From Octopus vulgaris (Eukaryota): 64,000 nucleotides of DNA. Made by a program: the position numbers and the translations under genes. Every line of letters begins with the position of its first letter. Position 1 is the first letter of the stretch. Where the stretch lies: the NCBI GenBank assembly GCA_951406725.2, contig OX597830.1:11780001-11844000 (forward strand), in the 5' to 3' direction. Shown here in pieces: positions 31,729-46,142 of this stretch. The notes under the pieces were generated by a model that made no database searches, was not told the DNA's origin, and saw only the letters and a program-made list of their open reading frames with translations.

Positions 31729-31730
31729 TA
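30855..31730 (-). repeat. Inverted copy of a putative Penelope pLTR
   Basis: Reverse complement of 37140-38075. Confidence 0.85.
31012..31137 (-). ncRNA. Hammerhead ribozyme-like motif with ~95-nt stem II
   Basis: CUGACGA AG..AGAGG...CCUCU..CU GAAAC AGCU GUA; weak stem I. Confidence 0.7.
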
Positions 31731-31769
31731 AATAAATGGAGTTTAACGCAGGTGTAATCAAATATTTTT

Positions 31770-31855
31770 ACTTTCGACACATGTTTCGAAACTTCCACTG
31801 ATACTATTCAAAAGAATAAATGGTATAAACAATGCAATCTTCTCCTCAGGAAAGT
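31770..31855 (-). ncRNA. Canonical type I hammerhead ribozyme
   Basis: ACUUUC CUGAGGA GAAG...UUUC GAAAC AUGU GUC GAAAGU; perfect 6-bp stem I, intact core, GUC site. Confidence 0.85.
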
Positions 31856-33425
31856 GAAAAAAACGAAACTCGTCAATAAGACATTTTAGCAAAAAAAAAA
31901 AATGTATATATATATATATATATATATATGAGCGTCCAATAATACTTTATTTGTTCCACATCCTTGCGTTGTTTTTTGTTTTCTTGTTTGGATTAACTTT
32001 ATATATATATATATATATATATATAAATATGCTTTATGTTTTCTATTGAGGGCTTGAGATAAAGGTCCACAATAAGTGAGTTAGAAGTTATATTAATACC
32101 TGTGATATTAGTCGGTACGAAGAGTTATACATTTCCGGGTATTAATCAAGATACTTTATTATTTTCCGTTACTTTTTGTTTGTCGAGTTGCTGAAATCCT
32201 GCGTGAAGTGAGGAGGGGGTCTATGGTCAGTCCCGTAATCTAATTGGTCATCTATTGTTTTGAAAGGCCATGACTTTGTTATGGTTGGTTAATGGATAAC
32301 CGATAACATAAACAACAAAATAAGCAAATATATAAATATAAATGTATATAAATATGTAAGATAATTTATTACAAATTTATGTAAAAAACAGAATATAATA
32401 ACAGTATATAACATAATAAAGTTAAACTGCATCTATGGAAAAACACACATGGGGCATTAGATTGGTTTTCCTATATACAGATAGGAAATAGTTACAACCA
32501 AAATATATAAATATTGATATACAGAATTATTATGCATCTATAAACCCTATTGTCCTTAATAGCTCCCTCATTTTCGCAAAGAGATACACTAATCTAAGTA
32601 TGAGGGAGAAAAATGTGATACTTACTGTCCGTAAGACTGATATCGAATTTGATAACAAATTATGGTCGAGAAAAGATACACCGGACCTCCTTGATATTAC
32701 AATGAGATCGCTAGACTCAGCGGAAGCGACAAACCTGGTAGGTCTATATATCTTAGATAATATAGGTAGGGAATTCCCTTAATTAACCGGAGGTCTATAT
32801 AGCGATGATGCACTATTCTTAGTTAAGAACCTTTCAAATAGACGTCTTGAACTGCTTAAAAAGCGTTTCCTTAAATTCTTAAATACGCTTGGCCTATCCA
32901 TAATTATAGAAATCGAAAACTATTCTATAAACTATTTAGATGCAGATTGTAACCTAAATACCGGACTCCATGAGCCTTATATAAAAAAACTCTACATTAA
33001 GATATATAAATAATTCTAGTAACCATCCCTTGCGAATAAAAAGTGCCCTACTACTAAATATAAGTAAAAGAGTTTCAAACCTCTCCTCTAATGAAGAGAT
33101 ATTTAGTAAACATAAGGAAAATACAATATAGCACTACAAAATGCATGATATAAAAGTAAAATTAAATACTGCCGCAATAATATTAACTATAATAGCCAGG
33201 ATAGAGTAACTACCCCCAACCCACAATATTTAGACAAATTTAACACTACCAAAGATAAATATAAAAATGACAATAAAAAAATTATAAAAAATACGATAAG
33301 ATAAGCCATAAAAAATAATATTAGACATAATAGCAACAACAATAATGAAATCATTAGTAATAATGGTAAAATTATAACAAAAATAGTATTATTAAATATA
33401 AAAATAAAAATAAGAATAATAACAG

Positions 33426-33706
33426 AGGATTTGGTAGACGGAAACTGAAAGAAGCCCGTCGTATATATGTATAAATATATAAATAATAAATATATATATA
33501 TGTGTGTGTGTGTATGTTTGTGTGTCTGTGTTTGTCCCCCCAACATCGTTTGACAACCGATGCTGGTGTGTTTACGTCCCCGTAACTTAGCGGTTCGGCA
33601 AAAGAGACCGATAGAATAAGCACTAGGCTTACAAAGGATAAGTCCTGGGATCGATTTGCTCGATTAAAGGCGGTGCTCCAGCATGGCCACAGTCAAATGA
33701 CTGAAA
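33426..33706 (+). mobile_element. 5'-truncated SINE A nested in the PLE
   Basis: Begins at GGATTTGGTAGACGG. Confidence 0.9.
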
Positions 33707-33955
33707 AAAAATAATATAAGTAACGCTAATAAGGGAAATAACGAAATCAAATGAAGAATAACATAGTAAAAGCAATTTTTAGTTTAACAAACATTTTACA
33801 AATGGAGAAAACAAATATTGGAGAATAATCAATAACAAAACAATGAGAATAGGATATAGTCTAACACATAACCTAGCTACCATCATCTCCTCAATTAACA
33901 ATAGAAAACTGGACACTATCTAAGTAGAAAAAATAATAGAAGTAAAACAAATATA

Positions 33956-34059
<104 letters not shown>

Positions 34060-34090
34060 TGATAATAATAATGATAATAATAATAATAAT

Positions 34091-34131
<41 letters not shown>

Positions 34132-34132
<1 letters not shown>

Positions 34133-34650
34133 TCTGATCTTAACTGATTGGAAGTGTTATCATGTACATTGTTTTGTCTTGGTATAAAAGATGGGCTGCA
34201 GCAAATATTCTGCTCAATACCACAGATTTGCTTGTCAGTTGTTTGACCTTAACCAGTTGAGCATGTCCCTTAGTGGCTGACGATATGTGCATCTCTGATC
34301 ACGAGCAGAAGTAGTGGGGGTGCATCATAGCCATGTGTTGAGAGGGATTCTTTGGGGTTTGAATAATTCACCTATGGAAACATGGGTGGTTCTTTCAACA
34401 TCCTTAAACAACCCTTATTCAGGGACCTTTTGAGCGGGATGGGCTACTCAACCTGAAGAAAATTCTAACTGGGCCCCACCTGCAAGGTCATGTGCTGTTT
34501 ATCTTGATATGAGATCATCATGTCGCGCACATATGGTTGTGATGCATGTGCCTGGTGTACCCTTATCAGACGGGTAGTCATGATGGGTATACTGGGCTTC
34601 GTATATTTTACCCCAGTGTCACTTTGATGGCATGCTCTGCTCGCTCACTC
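34132..34650 (+). mobile_element. (TAA)n-targeted retroposon nested in the PLE AAT linker
   Basis: Family copy flanked by (AAT)n. Confidence 0.9.
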
Positions 34651-34682
<32 letters not shown>

Positions 34683-35523
34683 TAATAATAATAATAACAG
34701 CAACAATGGAAGTGTAAATAATAATAGTAAAAATACTAACATTAATGATCACAATAGTATAAGCAGTAATAACATTATTGGGATCAACAGAAGCCACAGA
34801 GCTAGTTATATATTAACTGTCAACCCCAATACCATAAACCCTACACAGCCACACAGAACATGTGATTGTAGAATAAATAATAATTGTGTATTTAATAATA
34901 ACTGAATTAGAAAGGAGGTAGTATATGAATGTATAGTAAGTACACAATATGACAGCAAGGTATATGTGGGTACGACAAAAACAATATGAAACAAAGACTT
35001 AATTATCATAACTATACATTTAGAAACAGAAATAGTAGGAATTCTACAAGGTTAAGTAGCTATATATGGGAACTTAAGTATGGGAGAATTAACTATAATT
35101 TAAATTGGAAAATATTAACAACAGCACCTGCGTATAATACTAAAAATGGTAAATGTATATTATGTATTAATGAAATTTTCTTTATAATTTGGACTAAATT
35201 TCCACTTTTAAACAGCTTTAATGAACGCAACGATCCTGTGTACATAAAATTGGGGCATACCATTTCCAAATACCACTAGAACCTAGTATTAAAATACCCT
35301 ACTCACATAATAATAATTATTATTATTCGACTTATTATTTTTGTTATACTGTATTATATAATATGTGACAATTATGCAGGTATATATATAAAAGAAGGTA
35401 TATATTGAGTTAGCTATAATTATATACATGTATGTATGTGTAAGTATATAATACTATTGTTGCTACTTTTGTATTAATATATGTGTGGATATGTGTGTAT
35501 ATATGTATCTATGTGCACGCACT

Positions 35524-35618
<95 letters not shown>

Positions 35619-35832
35619 GCACACATATTTATGTAGGTTTAGATAGGTATGTATATGTTTATGTTTTCTGCTGGTACCTTTAATAAATAAACATTAAGTA
35701 GTTTATAATTTACATTTAATTACACCCCACAAGTATATAGAGTAATAACATTATATAGTACTACCCTTTGGACTTAATCAGTTTTTTAAGATAGTGTATA
35801 TGTGTGTGCCCGTATATACATGTATATATGTA

Positions 35833-35880
<48 letters not shown>

Positions 35881-35882
35881 TG

Positions 35883-35947
<65 letters not shown>

Positions 35948-36414
35948 ATGTATATATATATGTGTATGTATATATTGTATGTGCATATGTATGTATATAG
36001 ATACAGGCATTGATATGCAACCCCATTACAGAACCAATAAATTGATTGATTGATTAATTAATTAATTGATTGATAAGTTGATTGATTGATTGAATAATGG
36101 ACCTAAATTTTTGAGTATGTTTTTATTCTAATTATATACCTAAATAACCTAGAGTTACCTCTCTTCATTCTATTTATAGCTTAATAACCCTCACCCTACA
36201 CCTTTTAAATATAATATTAAGAGTAATTAACAGAATAAATAGACGGATAAATATTTTAAAAGAATGAATGATTAATAAGTTCATTAATTAAGTGACTCAA
36301 CGCTATTACATAGAGTCTTGCATTTGAGGCATTTTGTCAGATAAAATAGATTTTAAACATAATTTTAGCGATAAATCAAAATTTAGTAATATGTAGGTAT
36401 ATAATGTGGCCGCG

Positions 36415-36606
36415 AGTGTACCGTTGGCGATTTTTTTCCCCTCTGTCTTCCCTTCTCTGGATCTTTCCTTCTATGTCTCCGACGAAGAGCTCTGCTCGAA
36501 ACGTTAAACCCTCCTTCTTCCCTTCCTTCCTGAGCGTCCAATAATACTATATTTGTTCCACGTCCTCGCGTTGTTGTGATTTCTCTTTGTGTTTTCATGT
36601 TTGGAT

Positions 36607-36610
<4 letters not shown>
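36415..36610 (+). repeat. Minimal-hammerhead repeat unit (motif at 36475-36509)
   Basis: CCGACGA AGAGC UCU GCUC GAAAC GUU AAAC; relatives at 18930-19070, 31930-32000 and 50560-50775. Confidence 0.75.
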
Positions 36611-36644
<34 letters not shown>

Positions 36645-36771
36645 CAATGATTAAGGGTAAAATCAATTATTTAAGTAGTGGAAATAGCTAAAAAAACGTT
36701 TTGGGCTGCTATTTCTAAAAATTTCAGTATGTGGCAAGTAAATTATTTTACTGACCCCTAATTATATAACG

Positions 36772-36813
<42 letters not shown>

Positions 36814-37139
36814 GAGGATATATAAGGATATATATTGAGTTGATTCATTTATTTAGTAACTAAACACTGTTACATGGAGAATACATTTTAAGCATAATTT
36901 TAGCGATAAATAACGACTCAGTGAAACAACTTGTATGGTCAATTTTGGTCTTTTGTCCCTCATTTGAATTTGGTCCGAATAACTTCCAACATATAATTTA
37001 AAGCCTATATCAGGCGTTTGGTTTAGTAAATATACAAATGATTCCCCTAATTAGAGAGATACATGCATTATTATATATATTATATAAATTTGTAATAAAT
37101 TATCTTTCATATGCAGTCGATTAAAACAATATCCCCTCA

Positions 37140-37198
<59 letters not shown>

Positions 37199-37301
37199 TA
37201 TGTTTGTTTATAATTATTATAATTATATAAAAAGAAAAATACGTACTACAGTAATCCTCCCTTCTCAACACATCAAATATGTATGTACCTATGAGTATAT
37301 T

Positions 37302-37359
<58 letters not shown>

Positions 37360-37415
37360 ATGTATGTGTGTATATATATGTATATATATATATATGTATG
37401 TATATATATATATAT

Positions 37416-37455
<40 letters not shown>

Positions 37456-38075
37456 TCTTCATTTATATACCTTTTCATTCCTACATAACTACAATAATCT
37501 TAAGATAGATAAATCATTTAAATTCCACTATTATTTCTCTTTTAATAATTTTCTCTTTCCTCTGTTTATACTTTATCTAATAGGAATAATATAATACACC
37601 TAATAATAATAATAATTGATTCCTTTGTATGCATATACATATAAATGTATAGATATGTATTTATGTATATTTATGTATATGTATGTATATGTAAACATGT
37701 GTATATATGTATGTATTTTTATTAATAACTTAATCTTATGAACTTTCTAAACTCCCTGACGAAGCCCAGAGGCACACCCAAGTACCTTAATCTTATCTAC
37801 CAAATACTTCAGTTCACTGAAGGGATAGAAGTAAAGTGGGGTACTGTGACCTCTTGTCTGAAACAGCTGTAAGATTCTATTCTATTTTATATGCTCTACG
37901 TTATATATTTTAATAATTACTGGTATTTTTATATTTTATACATTATATATGTAAGGCATAATATATTATACTTGTATGCATATTGTTATAATGGTTTTTA
38001 AAAAAATAAATAACAATATTATGTCTAAAAGTTGATGAATGCCACCTCTTGATCCCCTCCATTTTCTTATTGCCG
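37140..38075 (+). repeat. Putative 3' pLTR with a hammerhead at 37751-37876
   Basis: Inverted partner at 30855-31730; solo copy at 48750-49310. Confidence 0.85.
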
Positions 38076-38249
38076 TATAAATCAAGGGTAAAACAACTTT
38101 TTACCCTCATCCATTTATTACATTCAGTAGTATAATTGCCATGCAATAAAAAAAACACCCGTGTATTATTAATTGGGTATTCTACCATCAGTATATTGGA
38201 TAGATATTATCCCTTATTTGTTTGGATTCACAACCTCTAACTCTCTTGG

Positions 38250-38284
<35 letters not shown>

Positions 38285-38289
38285 TATAT

Positions 38290-38924
38290 GTGTACAGGAT
38301 GTCACAAAACGTAAACAACCTGAAATACGAAGGCAAACTTGGGTATGCGAACAACGAGAGAAACAAACGGAAAACAAGACAAGTAACATAAAAAACGACG
38401 ACCCTTCGTCAGTTGTCGGCTATTCGAGCAATTAAGGATAATATGAGGTTTCGAAAAACCGTTGCATCCGCGAACCAAAATGAAATTTGAGATTTTGCGA
38501 AGGGTCAAAGTTGGTAACAATAACAGGACAGTGGAGACATACAACAAACCAAACAAAACAAACATGGAAGGCCGTTAGGCTAGACGAGGTAGGGTAGTGA
38601 ACGCTGGAGGAATATTCTTTGGTAAGAGAAAAGATAGGAGAGGACACGGATAAGAATGTGTTTGGTCTGTGCGACAGACTGAAGGAAAAGAAAGATGATC
38701 ACGTGAGGAAAAGAAAGATGGGCGATGGTCACGTGTGAGCAACGAGAAAGAGTAAAGTAGGAAGAGGGAGAGAGAGAGACAGAGAGAAAACGGTGAAGGG
38801 GAGAAAACTGAATTAGAGAAAGGATGAGAGAGAAAAACGAAAAGGAGAGAGAGAACAGTACAGGTTCCCTGTATTGATCTTTCTCTCCCCTTTCGTTTTC
38901 TCTCTTTTCCTTTGTCTAATTCAG
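38290..38924 (-). repeat. Unclassified element ending in a ~117-bp fold-back (38808-38924)
   Basis: CTGAATTAGAGAAAGG...TACAGG TT CCCTGTA...CTAATTCAG. Confidence 0.6.
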
Positions 38925-39342
38925 GAATTCCGCAGTGGCAGTTAGGGTAATGATATTAATTGATCATGGGAGATGGATTTTGTATTAGACTTTTATTGCG
39001 TACAACATATGTGTCGACCCATCAGTCCGGGTCTCTTCAAATACATTGATAAAGAAGTATCACTAGAGGTTTTTTAGTGTCGGCTGGCTTGTTGTTATAT
39101 GCCTATCAAGTTCGAGAATGAATAAAAGCAAACAAGATTATAGAAACGCAAAAAGAAAAATCAAGTATGAACGTGGAAATCATGCGTTCCGGTTTAGATA
39201 AAATGACCTAATCAGCTTTCGCTGTCATAACTGCTTAGAGTTATGAAAGTAGAAGGAGAAAGGAAGATTAATACTTAGACAAGTAGTTTCATGTTCGTGC
39301 ATATACACGCTCACATACATATACACACACACATACGTATAC

Positions 39343-39380
<38 letters not shown>

Positions 39381-39407
39381 GTATACATACATACATACAT
39401 ACATACA

Positions 39408-39457
<50 letters not shown>

Positions 39458-39858
39458 AATATATGGATATACATATATACACAAATTCATATATGTAGGT
39501 ACACATGTGCATATACACATACACACATACATAAAGATGCCTGCAGATACGTACATAGACCCAGACACACATACACACGAAGACAGACAGCACACACATA
39601 CTCAGACACACATACACAGACAGCACACATACTCACACACTCACATTATACACATATATATAAATATATATATACCCATATATATATTCACATACACATA
39701 CATTCATACATATATACATACATATATAGATACATATATCCACTTACATATACACACCTGGATTGTAAAGTAACATGTCTAAGTACATGCTATTCGGATA
39801 CTGTTCTTTTTTAGTATATGAAGTCTTAACTCAGGTGGATTAATACGAGCTGTGGGTG

Positions 39859-40780
<922 letters not shown>

Positions 40781-40896
40781 GGTATTAGCATTGTCTCTAC
40801 GTTGGTCATATGAGTCACGGTCAATTTTTGAGAGCTTATTTTGAGTGCAATCTGTTAACTGATGGGTCGAAACATATTGTACCTAATATTAATTAA

Positions 40897-40975
<79 letters not shown>

Positions 40976-41126
40976 CAATTAAGATTCAAGTAAATTCCAA
41001 TGAATTTACTTGAATGTGGTACTTAACTTAGATGCACCAGAAAAACTATATGGTGTTAACCATACAGTAATGTGGGGTGATTATAAACAACCTCACCCAC
41101 TAAGATGTCTAGAGAACTCATATGTA

Positions 41127-41217
41127 TTTTAGCTGATGAGTACGGGACACTTTTATCTGCTGCAATTTTTGCAACTTGTAATAAAGCCTGTCTTTGTATA
41201 AAACAATTGTACTAAAA
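41127..41217 (+). ncRNA. Hammerhead ribozyme-like motif (G12A decay)
   Basis: UUUUAG CUGAUGA GUACGGGACA...UGUCUUUGUAU aAAAC AAUU GUA CUAAAA; perfect 6-bp stem I. Confidence 0.75.
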
Positions 41218-41245
41218 ACTAATCCATTCTTGTTGCTCCTTTCTC

Positions 41246-41310
<65 letters not shown>

Positions 41311-41326
41311 AAGGGAAAGAGAGAGA

Positions 41327-41791
41327 CTATAGTAGAAGGCATTTGCTCAAGGTGTCACGCAATGGAATAGGGCCCAGAACCATGTGGTTGGGAAGCAAGC
41401 TTACCAACCTCATGGTTCCGGGTTCAGTCCCCCTGCGTGGCACCTTGGGCAAGTGTCTTCCACTATAGCCTCGGGGCGACCAAAGCCTTGTGAGTGGATT
41501 TGGTAGACGGAAACTGAAAAGAAGCCCGTCGTATATATGTACATATATATATGTATATATGTATGTGTGTGTATATGTTTGTGTGTCTGTGTTTGTCCCC
41601 CCCAACATCGCTTGACAACCGATGTTGGTGTGTTTATGTCGCCGTAACTTAACGGTTCGGCAAAAGAGATCGATGGAATAAGTATTAGGATTCCAAAGAA
41701 TAAGTCCTGGGGTCGATTTGCTCGACTAAAGGCGGTGCTCCAGCATGGCCGCAGTCAAATGACTGAATCAAGTAAAAGAGTAAAAGAGTAA
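41327..41791 (+). mobile_element. SINE family A with an inverted partial head
   Basis: 41327-41399 is a reverse SINE head joined at AAGCTT. Confidence 0.85.
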
Positions 41792-42358
41792 AAGATAATA
41801 CTCCTAAATAATTAATAAGCATTTTTTTCATCCTTGTATAGATTTGAGTGCAAAACTTTATAGGGCCCGAGAAAACACTTAGCATTATTTAGTTTTGAGT
41901 TCAAATACCACCGGAGTTAATTTGTTTTTCAGCCCTTCCACATTGATAAGATAATTTTCAATCAAAGTTACTTTTAGCTGTTTTGCTAATCATTGGCTAT
42001 AATTACAAAGATTTTTTACCTCAAATCTCAAGTAAATATTGTTAGATACTTAGCTATCTTGCATAAATGTTTTCCTTATATAAGCAGTGTCTGATAAAGC
42101 TGTCTTCTATATCCCATGTAATTAGCAAATTGTCGAGATCATTTTATTAATTAAAATTGCTCATTGTTTCCCTTATTATAGAGACAGCGTTATTGTGAAA
42201 AGGATTATTATAGTCACGGCGTTTTCTACAATCCCACGTTCGTTTCAGGTCATTGTATAACTTTTCAACACTTATGGTATATATACTTTTGTCCCACGAC
42301 GATGATGATGATAATGATGCCTCTCCTCCTCCTCTTCCTCCTCCTCCTCATTATTATT

Positions 42359-42914
42359 GAGTGAGAGAGCAATGCATACCATCAAAGCGATACTGGGGTA
42401 AAATATACGAAGCCCAGTATAGCCATCATGACTACCAGTCTGATAAGGGTACACTAGGCACATGCATCACAACCATATGTGCGCGACATGGTGATCTCAT
42501 ATCAAGATAAACAGCGCATGACCTTGCAGGTGGGGGCCAGTTAGAATTTTCATCTCGTCCAATAGCCCATCCCGCTCAAAAGGTCCCTGAATAAGGATTG
42601 TTTAAGGATGTTGAACGAACCACCCATGTTTCCAGAGGTGAATTATCCAAACCTCTAAGAATTCCTTTCAACACATGGCTATGATGCTCCCTCACTACTT
42701 CTGCTCATGATCAGAGATGCACATATCGTCAGCCACTAAGGGACATGCTCAACTGGTTAAGGTCAAACAACTGACAAGCAAATCTGTGGTATTGAGCAGA
42801 ATATTTGCTGTAGCCCATCTTTTATACCAAGACAAAACAATGTACATGATAACACTTCCAATCAGTTAAGATCAGAAGCCATGAGAGCCACTGCCTGTTA
42901 CTGCATCAGGGCAT
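42359..42914 (-). mobile_element. (TAA)n-targeted retroposon, full length
   Basis: 5' AATGCCCTGATGCAG to 3' CTCACTC. Confidence 0.9.
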
Positions 42915-42944
42915 TTATTATAATTATTATTATTATTATTATAA

Positions 42945-43020
<76 letters not shown>

Positions 43021-43046
43021 CATCATCATTATTATTATTATTATCA

Positions 43047-43073
<27 letters not shown>

Positions 43074-43077
<4 letters not shown>

Positions 43078-43160
43078 TATTCAGTAGTTTTATTTTTATA
43101 GCGTGCTTTCACTTCACTACCGAGCGCAGCTCTGTGTGCCTTGGGTATGTGCTGTGATTA

Positions 43161-43242
<82 letters not shown>

Positions 43243-43265
43243 CATCATCATCATTATTATTATTA

Positions 43266-43317
<52 letters not shown>

Positions 43318-43399
43318 TATTCAGTAGTTTTATTTTTATAGCGTGCTTTCACTCCACTACCGAGCGCAGCTCTGTGTGCCTTGGGTATGTGCTGTGATT
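43074..43399 (-). mobile_element. Two tandem ~85-bp R4/Dong 3' tails in (TTA)n
   Basis: Match the 3' tails at 9430-9500 and 61660-61740. Confidence 0.85.
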
Positions 43400-43400
43400 A

Positions 43401-43471
<71 letters not shown>

Positions 43472-43473
<2 letters not shown>

Positions 43474-43660
43474 GGCAGAATCGTTGGCGCGCAGGCCGAA
43501 ATGCTTAACGGTATTTCACCTGTCGCTACGTTCTGAGTTCAAATTTCGCCGAGGTCAACTTTGCCTTTCCTCCTTTCGGGGTTGTGTACTGGGGTCGATC
43601 TAATCGACTGGCTCCTTCCCGTTAAATTTCAGGCCTTCTGCCTATAACAGAAAGGATTAT
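43472..43660 (+). mobile_element. SINE family B variant
   Basis: GGCAGAATCGTT...GTTCTGAGTTCAAATT. Confidence 0.8.
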
Positions 43661-43749
43661 CGTTTTATTTTCAATATAGCGCATTTTCTATCCCAAATTC
43701 CATACCTATGTCACTTGAGAAAATGCGGATAGTATATACAAGACTATCC

Positions 43750-43980
43750 AGCAGTCTTATTTTTAACACGTGATTTCACTGCACAACCGAGTGCATCTCT
43801 GACTACCTTGGGTATTTGCTGTGGTTTGTTTTAGCTCTGTTATTTTCACTCCGTTGAAAGTGCTTTACGTAGGATGCCTACAGTGCCTATTTCTACTATT
43901 TTCTGTGTTACATATATTCGTGAGTCCTGATGTTTTGGTTATGTATTTGTCTGAGTGTTTTTAATAATACCTATTAGGGG
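43750..43980 (-). mobile_element. R4/Dong-like 3' fragment
   Basis: Homologous to 9280-9500. Confidence 0.75.
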
Positions 43981-43996
43981 ACTGTTTTTGTTTTTA

Positions 43997-44117
<121 letters not shown>

Positions 44118-44138
44118 GTTATTATTATTATTATTATT

Positions 44139-44680
44139 GAGTGAGAGAGCAGTTCATGCCATTAAAGTGACACTGGGGTAAAATATACGAAGCCCAATAT
44201 ACCCATCATGACTACCCGTCTGATAAAGGTACACCAGGCACATGCATCACAACCATATGTGCGCGACATGGTGATCTCATATCAAGATAAACAGCACATG
44301 ACCTTGCAGGTGGGGCCCAGTTAGAATTTTCTTCAGGTTGAGTAGCCCATCCCGCTCAAACGGTCCCTGAATAAGGGTTGTTTAAGGATGTTGAAAGAAC
44401 CACCCATGTTTCCAGAGGTGAACTATTCAAACCCCAAAGAATCCCTCTCAACACATGGCTATGATGCTCCCCCACTACTTCTGCTTGTGATCAGAGATGC
44501 ACATATCGTCAGCCACTAAGGGACATGCTCAACTGGTTAAGGTCAAACAACTGACAAGCAAATCTGTGGTATTGAGCAGAATATTTGCTGTAGCCCATCT
44601 TTTATACCAAGACAAAACAATGTACATGATAGCACTTCCAATCAGTTAAGATCAGAAGCCATGAGAGCCACTGCCTGGTA
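44139..44680 (-). mobile_element. (TAA)n-targeted retroposon
   Basis: Near-full copy within (TTA)n. Confidence 0.9.
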
Positions 44681-44715
<35 letters not shown>

Positions 44716-45469
44716 AATATTGACGTAAATAGGCAATAAGAAGAGCGCAATGCAGTTGTAATAGATTGTTCATTGGTTTGAACGATATTTTGACACCTCG
44801 TCTGTCTTTTTCAAGTTCAAAATGTAAAATGAAGAAACACAGAAATTCAAAGGTGTAAACGAGGAAATCCTGCGTTCCCACTTTGACAGAATGACATCAT
44901 TAGCCTTCAATTTTGCCACTGGCAAAAGGAAAAAGAAAAAAAAGAAGAAAAATGAATATTTAGCCGAATAATTTTGTGTAAATGTGATGAATTTCACCTG
45001 TCATTTTATTCCTTCCTTCAGGGTGTGATGTTAGTAACTCACAAACATATTTGTCCTCATGCATTTTGAAGACTGAATGTGTAGTAGATACAGAATATTT
45101 CCTCAAAATTGCAGCCGCTTGTGGTTAATGTTCGGCAACTTCTATCGAACTATTGCTGTTGTGTCTGACGTTGTACTTCTGCCCATTGAATCTTTTGCAT
45201 AATTGTTCTATTGTACAGACAACATAAATCACGCTGTATTTAGTGCTTTTCGCTGCTTACACCAAATGGGAATCTTTACACGTTCCACCTTCTGTATGAA
45301 TTATAACATTTCTGTTATGATTCCTGATGGAATTGATTTGACTCATGTTGCACAATGAACTGGGCTTACATTTCTTGCGGCTGTTTTTCAAGGTACAGCG
45401 TTCAGAAACTTTCTTGGAATCAGAAATAGTGGTTCAATTTAATATCTAATTTTAAATTTAAATTGTTTA

Positions 45470-45698
45470 CTTTTTACCCTTTTACTTGTTTCAGTCATTT
45501 GACTGCGGCCATGCTGGAACACCGCCTTTAGTCGAGCAAATCGATCCCAGAGATTATTCTTTGTAAGCTTAGTACTTATTCTGTCGGTCTCTTTTGCCGA
45601 ACCGCTAAGTTACGGGGACGTAAACACACCAATATTGGTTATCAAGTGATGGTGGAAGGGACAAACACAGACACACAAATATATACATACAAATATAT

Positions 45699-45747
<49 letters not shown>

Positions 45748-45911
45748 CGACGGGCTTCTTTCAGTTTCCGTCTATCAAATCCACTCACAAGGCTTTGGTC
45801 GGCCCGAGGCTATAGTAGGAGACACTTGCCCAAGGTGCCACGCAGTGGGACTGAACCCGGGATCACGTGGTTGGTAAGCAAGCTACTTACCACACAGCCA
45901 TTCCTGCGCCT
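45470..45911 (-). mobile_element. SINE family A
   Basis: Full-length reverse copy. Confidence 0.92.
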
Positions 45912-46142
45912 GTTAATTTATTTTCGTACATAAGATAAAGATCTTAATTTTTTTTCGCCGTTGGTAGCCGTGTAAAGCAATATTTCATCCTCCTTTGGAA
46001 TCGCTGGTATGGCATAACTTGAGACTCTAAATTAAGCTAAATTCAACATTCTTTAAGATTCTTAAAAATGAGATTTCATTATCTGTTTCTGTTGAATTGT
46101 TTTCAACTTCTGCTTCTGATGTCTGCCTTCTCGACTTTTTAT

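Noticed and set aside
33146-33148. Second in-frame TGA in the PLE (ALQNA*Y)
   Set aside because: It aligns with the usual Gly of the GY motif, so it is GGA-to-TGA decay, not selenocysteine
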